Part shown: one piece after another, positions 20,013 to 28,395 of the stretch
Position numbering within the stretch: position 1 is the first letter of the stretch
How the letters are laid out: each line of letters starts with the position of its first letter
Source of the DNA: Vulcanimicrobiota bacterium
Lineage (GTDB): Bacteria > Vulcanimicrobiota > Xenobia > Xenobiales > JADMJV01
Assembly (NCBI GenBank): GCA_050250895.1
Contig: JBFWNU010000001.1
Span: 3,172,891 to 3,236,890, forward strand
DNA: 64,000 nt
Reading direction: 5' to 3'
Translations under genes and position numbers: made by a program
The notes under the pieces: model-generated
Seen by the model: only the letters and a program-made list of their open reading frames with translations
Databases searched by the model: none
What the model was told of the DNA's origin: nothing

Positions 20013-21080
20013 ATGGCAGGTAGCAGAGGCGTATCATCTAGACCGGCGGCAAGACCCGCGGCCAAACCCCCTCGTCAGAGCGGCGGTTCGCGGGTGGCCA
20101 ATACTGGCCGAGGCTTCGGCAACGCAATCTCCAGAGGTGGCAGCTGGCTCGGAAACAAGATTGGCGGCAGCGTCGGAAACAGTATCTCTACGGGAGCGAA
20201 CTCGCTCGGCAAGAGCATCGGCTCCGGTGCCGAGTCGGTTGGCAAGACCATCGACAAGTATGTTCCCTCGAGCGTCTCCAATGGAGTCATCGACGCGGCC
20301 TCGGCGGTCAGCCCGGCTGGCTCGGCTGTGGCCAACAGCATTAGCAACTGGGGCAACAACGGCAACGCCAACGCCAACGGCGCCAACGGCAACAACAACA
20401 ATGGTAACAGCAATTCTAACGGTGACCCCAACACCAACACCAATAACAACAATACCAACGGTAACAACAACACCAACGGCACTAACACCAACAACCAGGT
20501 CGACCCGAACGGCAACTGCAATAACAACGGCAACTGCAATGGTGGCGGTTGTGATGGCGGTGGCCAGGCCAACGACTGCGGCGGTGGCGGCGGCGAATGC
20601 GGCGGCGGCGGTGAAGCTGGCGGCGGCCAGGGTGCCGGCGGCGGCGGCGAAGCGGGCGGCGCCCAGGGTGGCGGCGAGGCCGGTGGTGCTCAGGGCGCTG
20701 GCGACCAGCAGCAAAAGCAAGACATCAACGGTCAGCTGGCCGCGATGGCTTCAGGAATCATTCAAGCCGCTCAGGGCGGCGGCCAGGGCCCTCAGCAACA
20801 GGGCGGGGGCGACGTTTCGCAGCAGGTCGAGCAGCTAGGCCAGACCTACCAGCAGGCCGGCGGAGCCGAGAACCAGCAGATTAAAGCCGAGACTCACCAG
20901 CTCGTCCAGCTCGCCATGAGCATGGGCGGCGGCGGTGGCCAGGGCGGCGGCGAACAGGCCGGTATGGACGCTCTGGGTGCCCTGGCCGGATTGGCCGGCG
21001 GCGGCGCTCCCGGTGGCGGACTGCCCGGAATGGGCGGCGGAATCCCCGGAATGGGCGGTCCCCAGACGCTGCTCGGATAG
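20013..21080 (+). CDS. Low-complexity Gly/Asn/Gln-rich protein
   Basis: CAGGAGG RBS, ATG at 20013, Asn-rich tract then Gly-rich tracts, own terminator. Confidence 0.8.
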   Translation: MAGSRGVSSRPAARPAAKPPRQSGGSRVANTGRGFGNAISRGGSWLGNKIGGSVGNSISTGANSLGKSIGSGAESVGKTIDKYVPSSVSNGVIDAASAVSPAGSAVANSISNWGNNGNANANGANGNNNNGNSNSNGDPNTNTNNNNTNGNNNTNGTNTNNQVDPNGNCNNNGNCNGGGCDGGGQANDCGGGGGECGGGGEAGGGQGAGGGGEAGGAQGGGEAGGAQGAGDQQQKQDINGQLAAMASGIIQAAQGGGQGPQQQGGGDVSQQVEQLGQTYQQAGGAENQQIKAETHQLVQLAMSMGGGGGQGGGEQAGMDALGALAGLAGGGAPGGGLPGMGGGIPGMGGPQTLLG

Positions 21081-21105
21081 GCTCTAGGAGAACCTGCTTG
21101 CTTCG

Positions 21106-21134
21106 ACGAACCCCTTCGGGGGTTCGTTTGCTTT
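21106..21134 (+). terminator. Intrinsic terminator
   Basis: acgaacccc-ttcg-ggggttcgt-like stem followed by ttgcttt. Confidence 0.75.
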
Positions 21135-21788
21135 ATGTTTGGATTTCGCAAGACCAAAGAGATACCTAAGCCCGAGGTCGAGGTGGTCGGCTGGGCCAAC
21201 GGAATGGTCCGCTTGAAATGCGCCGACGATTTGGCCATGGGCCTGACCGCGGTGGTGGCTCGCCTGTCGCCTGACGAGACGGTCGAGGCGGCCCTGGTGA
21301 TCGACACCTATCTTCCCCAAGAGGACCTGTGGTTGGCCAAGGTCGAGGCGCCCGAAGAGCTGCCGGCCCGCCTCGAGGAGATGTATCCTCCCCGCGACCC
21401 CGACGAGCCCGAGCCGGTCACCTGGGACGAAAAACGCTCCGTCGACCGGGTCCAGCGTGGGCTGGGCGTGATGTGCAAGCAGTTCAAACATTTCAAAGGT
21501 CTGACCTATGATGTCACCGCCGAAGGCGCGCGCTTGATCGCCGAAAGCCATCACCCGGCCGGCAGCGTGCTCGATATCCGCATGGAGATCGATGACGCCC
21601 GCGTCGAGGCGATGCACTTTAAGGCCGAGGTGATCTGGACGGCCCCCGTCGACGAGTCCGAGAAGCAGTTTTACATGGGTTGCAAGATCTTTCTCAGCGA
21701 CGAACAGAAGGAAGTGCTCGACGAATTCCTCGACTTCTTCCGCAACTACACCGACGAGGTCTTCTCGGAACTGTACGCGCCGGACTAG
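21135..21788 (+). CDS. PilZ-domain protein
   Basis: C-terminal RxxxR (KRSVDR) and DxSxxG-like (DVTAEG) motifs, then AEVIW..G.KI. Confidence 0.72.
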   Translation: MFGFRKTKEIPKPEVEVVGWANGMVRLKCADDLAMGLTAVVARLSPDETVEAALVIDTYLPQEDLWLAKVEAPEELPARLEEMYPPRDPDEPEPVTWDEKRSVDRVQRGLGVMCKQFKHFKGLTYDVTAEGARLIAESHHPAGSVLDIRMEIDDARVEAMHFKAEVIWTAPVDESEKQFYMGCKIFLSDEQKEVLDEFLDFFRNYTDEVFSELYAPD

Positions 21789-21868
21789 GTCGCCCTGCGG
21801 GCGACAGGGAGCGAGCCTTCGGCTCGAGATTTCTGCCTGCGGCCGACGGGGAGCGGCGCTTTGCGCCG
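21789..21868 (+). repeat. GGGAGC-hairpin mosaic element
   Basis: gacagggagc..cctgcggccgacggggagcg matches the reverse complement of 60881-60935. Confidence 0.75.
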
Positions 21869-21953
21869 GGTAAGGGGGCGAGCTTTTGGTTCGAGTCGGG
21901 GACAATCTCACAGAGGGTCTGGGTCTGCTTGAGCTATCCTGCGTTCAAGTCAT

Positions 21954-22030
21954 CTGGGTGTAGGAAAGCCTGGTATTCCGCCTGCCTTGGACGCAGGAAG
22001 TCGGCGGTTCGAATCCGTCCACTCAGACCA
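21954..22030 (+). tRNA. tRNA-Pro(UGG), atypical (A37, GGAA/UUCC D-stem)
   Basis: Cloverleaf: acceptor CTGGGTG/CACTCAG, anticodon stem CCTGC/GCAGG with loop CT-TGG-AC, TTCGAAT T-loop, A73 and CCA. Confidence 0.92.
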
Positions 22031-22104
22031 TCTCGGCCCTCGGGCCGCGAAAGGGCTTCAGGCAAAGGTTTGAGGCGAGGAATCGCTCGCCTCGAGGTTG
22101 GGCG

Positions 22105-22653
22105 CTATTCGCCGCTAGCCAGGGAGTGCCATTTCTCGCCGCGGGCCGCGAGTGCCCGGGCGTCGTCGTCGGGAAGGGACTTCAGCTGGTCGTTGATGCG
22201 GCGATAGGGAGGGCCGATGAGCTGGTCCTCGGGGCCGAAGCCGGACCAGTAAGAGACCTTGTCGCCCTCTTTGGCTTGGCTGGTGGCTCCAAAGCTGATC
22301 ACCCGGCCGCCCTGGTAATAGCTGTGCCCCTTCTCGGTCGGACTCTCGAAGTCGATGCGCCGAATCCCCTCGCCGCCGCTCCACACGGTCAGCTTGGTGT
22401 CACCGTCCATCACTTCTTTCGAAGTCAGGATGTTGTCGCCGACCTGCGAATCGATGAGATTGATGGTCTGGGTCAGAGAAGAGTTGTCGGTAGGACCTGA
22501 GGCCGCCGGGGTCGGCGTGGGGGTGGCGGCCTCGGCCTCGGCGGTCGCGCTGGTGGCAGGGGCTGCCGGGGTGGTGGTTGCCACCGGGGTGGCGGTGCCG
22601 CCGCAGCCGAAGAGAACAGCTGCCAGGGCCAGGGAGACAAAAGAGCTTTTCAT
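22105..22653 (-). CDS. Lipoprotein with Thr/Pro/Ala-rich linker
   Basis: MKSSFVSLALAAVLFGC lipobox; the ORF-track extension runs through tRNA-Ala and is spurious. Confidence 0.8.
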   Translation of the reverse strand: MKSSFVSLALAAVLFGCGGTATPVATTTPAAPATSATAEAEAATPTPTPAASGPTDNSSLTQTINLIDSQVGDNILTSKEVMDGDTKLTVWSGGEGIRRIDFESPTEKGHSYYQGGRVISFGATSQAKEGDKVSYWSGFGPEDQLIGPPYRRINDQLKSLPDDDARALAARGEKWHSLASGE

Positions 22654-22738
22654 GGCGGCCGGTTTCTTGACTCTGAGAGTGGATTCCTCGCCTCTGGCTG
22701 GGGACTTTGGGTTTGTCAGAGGCCGCCCTCGGGCAAAC

Positions 22739-22761
22739 GAAAAGCCCGCGGTGGCGGGCTT
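22739..22761 (-). terminator. Terminator after tRNA-Ala
   Basis: aagcccgc-cacc-gcgggctttt. Confidence 0.7.
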
Positions 22762-22763
22762 GG

Positions 22764-22839
22764 TGGTGGAGAAGAAGAGACTTGAACTCTCGACCTCTGC
22801 ATTGCGAACGCAGCGCTCTCCCAGCTGAGCTACTTCCCC
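22764..22839 (-). tRNA. tRNA-Ala(CGC)
   Basis: GGGGAAG acceptor with G3-U70, anticodon loop TT-CGC-AA, encoded CCA. Confidence 0.95.
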
Positions 22840-22851
22840 GAGGACGGGCTC

Positions 22852-22880
22852 ATTATACGGCCACCCGGTAGGGCTGTCAA
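22852..22880 (-). promoter_or_regulatory. Perfect consensus sigma70 promoter of tRNA-Ala
   Basis: TTGACA-N17-TATAAT. Confidence 0.9.
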
Positions 22881-23206
22881 TCGCCGCCAACGGCTCGGCG
22901 GGCCAGAAGTCTGTCGCGAATCCCTTGCGGGTCGAGCCGCAGCTCAGATTCCTGTTTCGTTGTTCCGCGTTGAACCAGACGCTGCCTCAGATAATCCTCT
23001 ACGTCATCCAGATTGCGTAGGTAGAAGGCGATGATAGCGTAGACATCAGAGAGCCCCAGAGTTGGAAACCGCTGGACGATCTCCTCGGGTGTGGGGCCCG
23101 ACCTAAAGCAATCAACGATAGTGTCCAGGGGGACGCGGGTGCCCTGAACGAGGGCGACTCCATCCCGGCTCATTTCCAGGGGCACTGGCCCGGAAAAGAT
23201 CTTCAT
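22877..23206 (-). CDS. DUF433 family antitoxin-like HTH protein
   Basis: GTRVPLDTIV...TPEEIVQRFPTLGLSDVYAIIAFY. Confidence 0.88.
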   Translation of the reverse strand: MKIFSGPVPLEMSRDGVALVQGTRVPLDTIVDCFRSGPTPEEIVQRFPTLGLSDVYAIIAFYLRNLDDVEDYLRQRLVQRGTTKQESELRLDPQGIRDRLLARRAVGGD

Positions 23207-23592
23207 AAAGCTCCTCTCGCCACTATAGCATAGGTGTCGAGGTCCGGAGTCAATCGCTGCCGGTCTCTAGTTCGGCGGGCCTCGACGATGCGCCGCACCA
23301 GTGCCTCGGGTAGGGGCTTGTCGGGGGTGAAGCGGATGGTGCCGGCGCTGGTCGAAAAGCCTTTCAGCTCAGCCTTGAACTGGGGCACGATGGAGGCGCT
23401 CATCGGATAGAGGGCGCAATGCTTGCTGGCTGCCCCAAAGGCGACCAGCACCTTCTGGCGGCGGAAGGCCGGGCGCGAGTAGCTGATGCATTCGGTGGCC
23501 AGGGGGTCGGCCCGCTGGATCTGCTCGCGCAGGCGCTGCAAGGCTTGGCGCTGGTCGTCGGGGAGGGAGTCGAGATAGTCGTCGATGGTCAC
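23203..23592 (-). CDS. YdhG/DUF1801 family protein
   Basis: TIDDYL..LQRLREQI..ECISY..GTIRFTPDKPLP; GTG start overlaps the bdh stop. Confidence 0.82.
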   Translation of the reverse strand: MTIDDYLDSLPDDQRQALQRLREQIQRADPLATECISYSRPAFRRQKVLVAFGAASKHCALYPMSASIVPQFKAELKGFSTSAGTIRFTPDKPLPEALVRRIVEARRTRDRQRLTPDLDTYAIVARGAL

Positions 23593-24371
23593 TGAGCGGT
23601 CCAGCCGCCATCCATGGACAGGGCCGTGCCGGTCATCTGGGCCGCGCCGGAGCCGCAGAGAAAGACGGCCAGTTCGCCGATCTGTTCGACGGTCACGAAT
23701 TGCTTGGTGGGTTGAGCCGCCAGCAGCACGTCGCGTTGGACCTCTTCTTCGCTGATGCCGCGAGCTTTGGCGGTGTCGGGAATCTGCTTTTCCACCAGCG
23801 GGGTCAACACGTAACCGGGACAGATGGCGTTGACGGTGATGCCGTGCTGGGCCAATTCGAGGGCCACCGTTTTGGTCAGGCCAAGCAGGCCATGCTTGGC
23901 GGCCACGTAAGCGGTCTTGAAGGGCGAGGCCACCAGCGAGTGGGCCGAGGCCAGATTGATGATACGGCCCCAACCGGCCTGCTTCATGGCGGGCACGGTC
24001 AAGCGGATCGTGTGGAAGGCGGCCGAGAGGTTGATGGCCAGAATCTGGTCCCATTTCGCTACCGGAAACTCTTCGACCGGGGCCACATGCTGGATGCCGG
24101 CGTTATTGACCAGCACCTCGACCGGACCCAGTTGGGCCCGGCACTCCTCGACCAGCTGAGCGATGGCCGCCGGGTTGGTCACGTCGGCGTCAGACAGCGC
24201 GGTGCGAATGGCGAACTCGTCAGCCAGCTTGTCGGCCAATTCGTGATTGGCCGCCGGGTCGCCCAGGCCGTGGAGCATCAGGTTGGCTCCCGCTCCGGCC
24301 AGGGCCCGGGCGATGCCCAGGCCGATGCCGCTGGTCGAGCCGGTGACCAGGGCTGTCTTGCCTTTGAGCAT
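23589..24371 (-). CDS. bdhA: 3-hydroxybutyrate dehydrogenase
   Basis: TGSTSGIG, NNAGIQHVAP, ASAHSLVASPFK..YVAAKHG, CPGYVLTPLV. Confidence 0.92.
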   Translation of the reverse strand: MLKGKTALVTGSTSGIGLGIARALAGAGANLMLHGLGDPAANHELADKLADEFAIRTALSDADVTNPAAIAQLVEECRAQLGPVEVLVNNAGIQHVAPVEEFPVAKWDQILAINLSAAFHTIRLTVPAMKQAGWGRIINLASAHSLVASPFKTAYVAAKHGLLGLTKTVALELAQHGITVNAICPGYVLTPLVEKQIPDTAKARGISEEEVQRDVLLAAQPTKQFVTVEQIGELAVFLCGSGAAQMTGTALSMDGGWTAQ

Positions 24372-25753
24372 CAGTAGATTCCCGTCAACATGTAGAAGGC
24401 GATGACGAAGAACACGCTCAGCGTCTTGATGCAGGTGATGGCAAAGATGTCTTTGTAGGATTGGCGATGGCTAAGGCCCGTGATGACCAGCAGAGTGATG
24501 ACGGCGCCGTTGTGGGGCAGCGTATCCATGCCGCCGGAGGCCATCGAAGCCACCCGGTGCAGCACATCGGGAGGAATGCCCGCCGCCTGGGCCTGTTCGA
24601 GATACTGGTTGCCGAGAGCTGCCAAAGAAAGCGAGAGGCCTCCCGAGGCCGAACCGGTGATGCCGGCCAGCACGTTGACCGAAACGGCTTCGTTGACCAG
24701 CGGGTTGGCAAAGGCTCCACCGATCCAGGTCTTGACCGCGGCGAAACCGGGCAGGGAAGCGATGACTCCGCCGAAGCCGTATTCCGAGGCGGTGTTCATG
24801 GTGGCCAGCAGAGCCCCCCGCACGGCCAGGTCGACGCCTTCACGCAGTTGCTTGAGGATAGCCGGATAGCCCAGGGCGAAAGTCAGGCCGATGCCGGCGA
24901 CCAGGGCCATCTCGATCGACCAGATGCCGCACATCTTGGCCACTTCCACCTCGTGGCCGCCCACCGTCAGGCCGTTGGCGAAGCGCTGGGGCAGCCACAG
25001 GCTGGCTCCGCGATTGACCAGACCGACCAGCAGCAACGGCATCATGGCAGGGATGGGGTGTAGCTTGGGTGCGTCCGGATCCTCTTTGGTGGGCTCGTGA
25101 AGGTGCCCCTCGCCATAACCCTCCCCGGCCGCGGCCGCCAGTCGACGGGCCCGGTCGAGATAGAGCATGCCGCAGATCAGCACGAAGAGGGCGCCTACGA
25201 TGCCCAGCCAGGGGGCGGCGTAGATGGTGGTTCCGAAAAAGGTCGTGGGAATGACGTTCTGGATTTGAGGCGTGCCGGGCAGGGCGTCCATCGTGAAAGT
25301 GAAGCTGCCCAGGGCGATGGTGCCGGGGATCAGGCGTTTGGGAATGTCGGAATCGCGAAACAGGCTGGCCGCAAACGGATAAACCGCGAAAGCCACCACG
25401 AAGAGACTGACGCCGCCGTAGGTCAACACGGCGCAGGCCACCACGATGGCCAACATCGAGTGGCGAGTACCCAAGAAGCCGACAATCGACTTCGAGATCG
25501 AGCGCGCCGCTCCCGACATCTCGACCACTTTGCCGAAGACGGCTCCCAGCAAGAACACCGGGAAATAGAGCTGGATGAACACGACCATTTTGGCCATGAA
25601 GACATCCGAGTAGAACGGCAGCATCTGGTCGGGACCCAGCGAAAGCCCCACCGCCAACAAAGCGCACAGCGGCGCCAAAAGAATGACCGACATGCCGCGA
25701 TAGGCCACGCCCATCAGCAGGCCCAGGGCCAGAATGATAATCAGAACGTCCAT
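24371..25753 (-). CDS. GntP-family permease (probable 3-hydroxybutyrate permease)
   Basis: Multi-TM; LTYGGVSLFVV, ALPGTPQIQN, GITGSASGG and LPHNGAV; coupled to bdh. Confidence 0.88.
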   Translation of the reverse strand: MDVLIIILALGLLMGVAYRGMSVILLAPLCALLAVGLSLGPDQMLPFYSDVFMAKMVVFIQLYFPVFLLGAVFGKVVEMSGAARSISKSIVGFLGTRHSMLAIVVACAVLTYGGVSLFVVAFAVYPFAASLFRDSDIPKRLIPGTIALGSFTFTMDALPGTPQIQNVIPTTFFGTTIYAAPWLGIVGALFVLICGMLYLDRARRLAAAAGEGYGEGHLHEPTKEDPDAPKLHPIPAMMPLLLVGLVNRGASLWLPQRFANGLTVGGHEVEVAKMCGIWSIEMALVAGIGLTFALGYPAILKQLREGVDLAVRGALLATMNTASEYGFGGVIASLPGFAAVKTWIGGAFANPLVNEAVSVNVLAGITGSASGGLSLSLAALGNQYLEQAQAAGIPPDVLHRVASMASGGMDTLPHNGAVITLLVITGLSHRQSYKDIFAITCIKTLSVFFVIAFYMLTGIY

Positions 25754-25828
25754 AGCTAGCAATCTAATGGGTGGGCGTTACACAGCCGTTACACAGGGAC
25801 GAAGGCCGACCTTGGCCAACCATGCGGC

Positions 25829-26482
25829 ATGCGCTATTTCTCGTGTTGGCTGTTATTGCTCTGTCTGGCCGGCTGCGCCAAGCCGGCCGTGACCCTGACT
25901 TCAAAGGTCGAGGTTCCCGAGCTCTTAGGCGCCGAGTCCACCCGCTTCAAGGTGCACCTCGAGAACGTCGGACCAGAGGTGGCAGAGAACGTTGTGGTGT
26001 TGGCCAATCTCGGCAAGGAAGTGACCGAACTGCGGGTCGAGCGCCTCGAGCCGGGCCAGAAGCAGACCCTGGAGGGTGTGTTGTCGACTCAGCCCGGCCA
26101 GGGTTCGCTGATGTTTTCGGCCCGGGTGATGGGCGCAGGGTTCTGTTATCGCTCCGAGACCCTCGAGGTGCGTCGGGTCGAGCAGCGGGGCGGGACCGGC
26201 TTGGCCTACATCGAGCCCCTCGAGAGCTACAGCGCCTCAGGCCAGCAGCTTCGCAAAGCGCCGCAGCAGCAACAGATGGTCTCTCCCGAAGACTTTGGCG
26301 AGCATGAGATGGACTCCGAGATGCGCCTGGGAACTCTCGAGCCCGTCGAGCCCTCGGCCGATGTCGAGAACCTGATCGCCCGCGTCGAGCACGAGCATTG
26401 CGCAGCCAGTCGCAGCATCCTGGAAAAATACCGCCAAAACGGAAACCGCCGAGCGGGAGAGTTCCTGCTCGGCAGCCTGTAG
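25829..26482 (+). CDS. Lipoprotein with CARDB/Ig-like domain
   Basis: LAGC lipobox; VHLENVG..AENVVV..LEPGQ. Confidence 0.7.
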   Translation: MRYFSCWLLLLCLAGCAKPAVTLTSKVEVPELLGAESTRFKVHLENVGPEVAENVVVLANLGKEVTELRVERLEPGQKQTLEGVLSTQPGQGSLMFSARVMGAGFCYRSETLEVRRVEQRGGTGLAYIEPLESYSASGQQLRKAPQQQQMVSPEDFGEHEMDSEMRLGTLEPVEPSADVENLIARVEHEHCAASRSILEKYRQNGNRRAGEFLLGSL

Positions 26483-26501
26483 TAACTGTAAGCCGGCGGG
26501 C

Positions 26502-27239
26502 TTAGGCGATCAGGGCTTCTTGACCGCCCCCGCCCTGACGCAGTTGGGTGGCAGCGGCCTCGGCAGCGATACCCTCGGCGCGCTCGTCGGCGACCTGGAG
26601 CGGCCGATAGCTGACATCGGCCGGGTCAAGAATGTCCATCGGCCTGGCCGATTTCTCTAGGGGCTCGGCCAGTTTGAGCACGGGCGTGGCAGCGGCTTCA
26701 TCAACGCCGCGGTCGGTCTTGAGTTCAGCCACTTTCTCGGGGCCATCGGTGCTCAGTTTGGTGTTGACCATGTTCTCGGCAGCCACGCGAGTGTGGTCGG
26801 GCATATCGGCATTGAGGTCGACGGCGTGATCGCGCGAGTCGAGGGCGCCGATGGCCAGGTCTTCTTCGTGGGTCAGGTCATAGACATCGTCTTCAGGAGC
26901 GTGGACCATCTCGCCGTGCTGGTGAACTTCGCCGGCGCCGACCTGAACATCGCGAGAGTCTTTCTCATTGGTCTCTTCTTTTTTGCGGGTGCGATTGGCC
27001 TGGGCCGATTCGTCGGCCATCGAGGCCATGGCTTCGTCCTGGGCACCGGCCAGCACGCGCTGCTCGTTTAAACGAGCCAGGGTTTCTTCATCGAGACTTT
27101 CGGTTTGATTGGCTTTGGCCTTTTCGGCTACCAGACCGGTGCGAGCTGCCGCCGTGGCGCCCTGATCGGCGCTGACCTTGCTGAGGTCTGGTTGGGGAAC
27201 GCCTCCGGCTGCTCCGGGGTTGAATCTGTTAATCTGCAT
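26502..27239 (-). CDS. Hypothetical acidic, probably disordered protein
   Basis: GGAGG RBS, MQINRFNP start, coding-like codon usage. Confidence 0.75.
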   Translation of the reverse strand: MQINRFNPGAAGGVPQPDLSKVSADQGATAAARTGLVAEKAKANQTESLDEETLARLNEQRVLAGAQDEAMASMADESAQANRTRKKEETNEKDSRDVQVGAGEVHQHGEMVHAPEDDVYDLTHEEDLAIGALDSRDHAVDLNADMPDHTRVAAENMVNTKLSTDGPEKVAELKTDRGVDEAAATPVLKLAEPLEKSARPMDILDPADVSYRPLQVADERAEGIAAEAAATQLRQGGGGQEALIA

Positions 27240-27356
27240 TGAAAGCCTCCGACTACTTTGCTGCGGACTGACCGCATCGTGAACATCTTATCACGAATCG
27301 GTGTCTCATGGACAATAGACTCTTTCCCTATATGATGTAAACATTTGGACGGGCGG

Positions 27357-27520
27357 GCAGGGAGCGAAGACTGTGTCGTCGAGAAGGGAGCCCGGGCTTC
27401 GCCGAGAGAGGGGAGCGGCGCTTTGCGCCAAGAGGGGAGCGAATTGAGCTGGGGCTCAATTCGGGATTTGGGCTACTCGACGCTTCGCGTCGTCATGCTG
27501 GGGCGGCGGAGCCGCCTTCG
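27357..27520 (+). repeat. GGGAGC-hairpin mosaic element with cgacgcttcgcgtcg core
   Basis: Four GGGAGC + hairpin modules, then the core hairpin at 27478 and ggcggcggagccgcc. Confidence 0.8.
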
Positions 27521-27535
27521 GGTTTTAACGGAATA

Positions 27536-27564
27536 TTGACTTTTTTTCAACTTTTCGGCATAAT
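27536..27564 (+). promoter_or_regulatory. sigma70-like promoter TTGACT-N17-CATAAT
   Basis: Near-consensus hexamers in an AT-rich stretch. Confidence 0.7.
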
Positions 27565-27589
27565 GTGAAAAGCCTAGGAAAGTGAGCTG

Positions 27590-27736
27590 TTGCCCGTGAG
27601 CGATATCCAGATCACCCCTGAAGTCCGTAAGAAAGACAAGGTGCTCGAGCCGGGGCAACTAGAGCTGCTCGAAGCCTTCGCCCTCTCCCAGGCCGCCGTC
27701 GAGGCTACTGCCCTCAGTCGTTTGCGCAACGTTTAG
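27590..27736 (+). CDS. Small protein (46-48 aa), below ORF-track cutoff
   Basis: TTG/GTG start after AGGAAAG; (MP)VSDIQITPEVRKKDKVLEPGQLELLEAFALSQAAVEATALSRLRNV. Confidence 0.55.
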   Translation: MPVSDIQITPEVRKKDKVLEPGQLELLEAFALSQAAVEATALSRLRNV

Positions 27737-27738
27737 AC

Positions 27739-28230
27739 TTGCTACCCGAAATCTCTCTGGAGGCCGGCGAGCTGGCCATCACCGGAGCATTCCCCGGGCT
27801 CACCCAGGCTGAACTTGAAAAGCGGCTGGGTGAGTCGACCGAGGTCGAGCCTCGGCTGCGCCGTTGGTCCTTTGCTAAAGGCGTCGGCTGCCTGGTTCGT
27901 TTCGATAGTCAGGGGACCGCCGTCGAGGTGCAAGGTTCTCATCTAATGTCTTCGTCTGCTCGAATCGAGCCAGGGGCCACCCGCAAGCAGGTGGAGGCTC
28001 TTTTGGGCGAGGCCTGGCACGAGGGCTTCGGCGACCAAAGCGGCTATCAGCTCTATCTAGAGAATGCCGAGTTTGGCGAAGCTAGCCCGCTCGAGATGGC
28101 ACTGGCCATCGTGGTGCATTTCCGCAAAGACAAGCGAGCCTGGGTCTTTGAGCGGGCCGTGGCCCTGCTCACGCCAGCCGAAGATGCTGGTCCCGCGCTC
28201 ATCGCAGAGCTAGAGGAAGTTCTGGACTAG
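27739..28230 (+). CDS. Hypothetical protein with two G.T..EVE.LLG-like repeats
   Basis: Coding-like ORF; resembles 45266-45751. Confidence 0.65.
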   Translation: MLPEISLEAGELAITGAFPGLTQAELEKRLGESTEVEPRLRRWSFAKGVGCLVRFDSQGTAVEVQGSHLMSSSARIEPGATRKQVEALLGEAWHEGFGDQSGYQLYLENAEFGEASPLEMALAIVVHFRKDKRAWVFERAVALLTPAEDAGPALIAELEEVLD

Positions 28231-28338
28231 GCGGGGATACACGGTTTCGCCCGCCTGGCGAGCGGCCTCTTCCTGGCTCAACTCGCGCTCGGCATCGGCC
28301 AGCACCAGTTCGATCAGTTCGGTCAAGGATAGTGGCAT
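28210..28338 (-). CDS. Small hypothetical protein (42 aa)
   Basis: MPLSLTELIELVLADAERELSQEEAARQAGETVYPRLVQNFL fills an otherwise empty gap. Confidence 0.4.
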   Translation of the reverse strand: MPLSLTELIELVLADAERELSQEEAARQAGETVYPRLVQNFL

Positions 28339-28395
28339 GCTCTCAGAGTAGCCGGAAGGTGGCTATAAACCTGAAGCAAATGTATCGATTTTGTG

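Noticed and set aside
21954-22839. Integrated element at the tRNA pair
   Set aside because: No integrase and no duplicated tRNA 3' end (att site) seen in the window.
22654-22890. N-terminal extension of the lipoprotein ORF
   Set aside because: Runs through tRNA-Ala, its promoter and its terminator.
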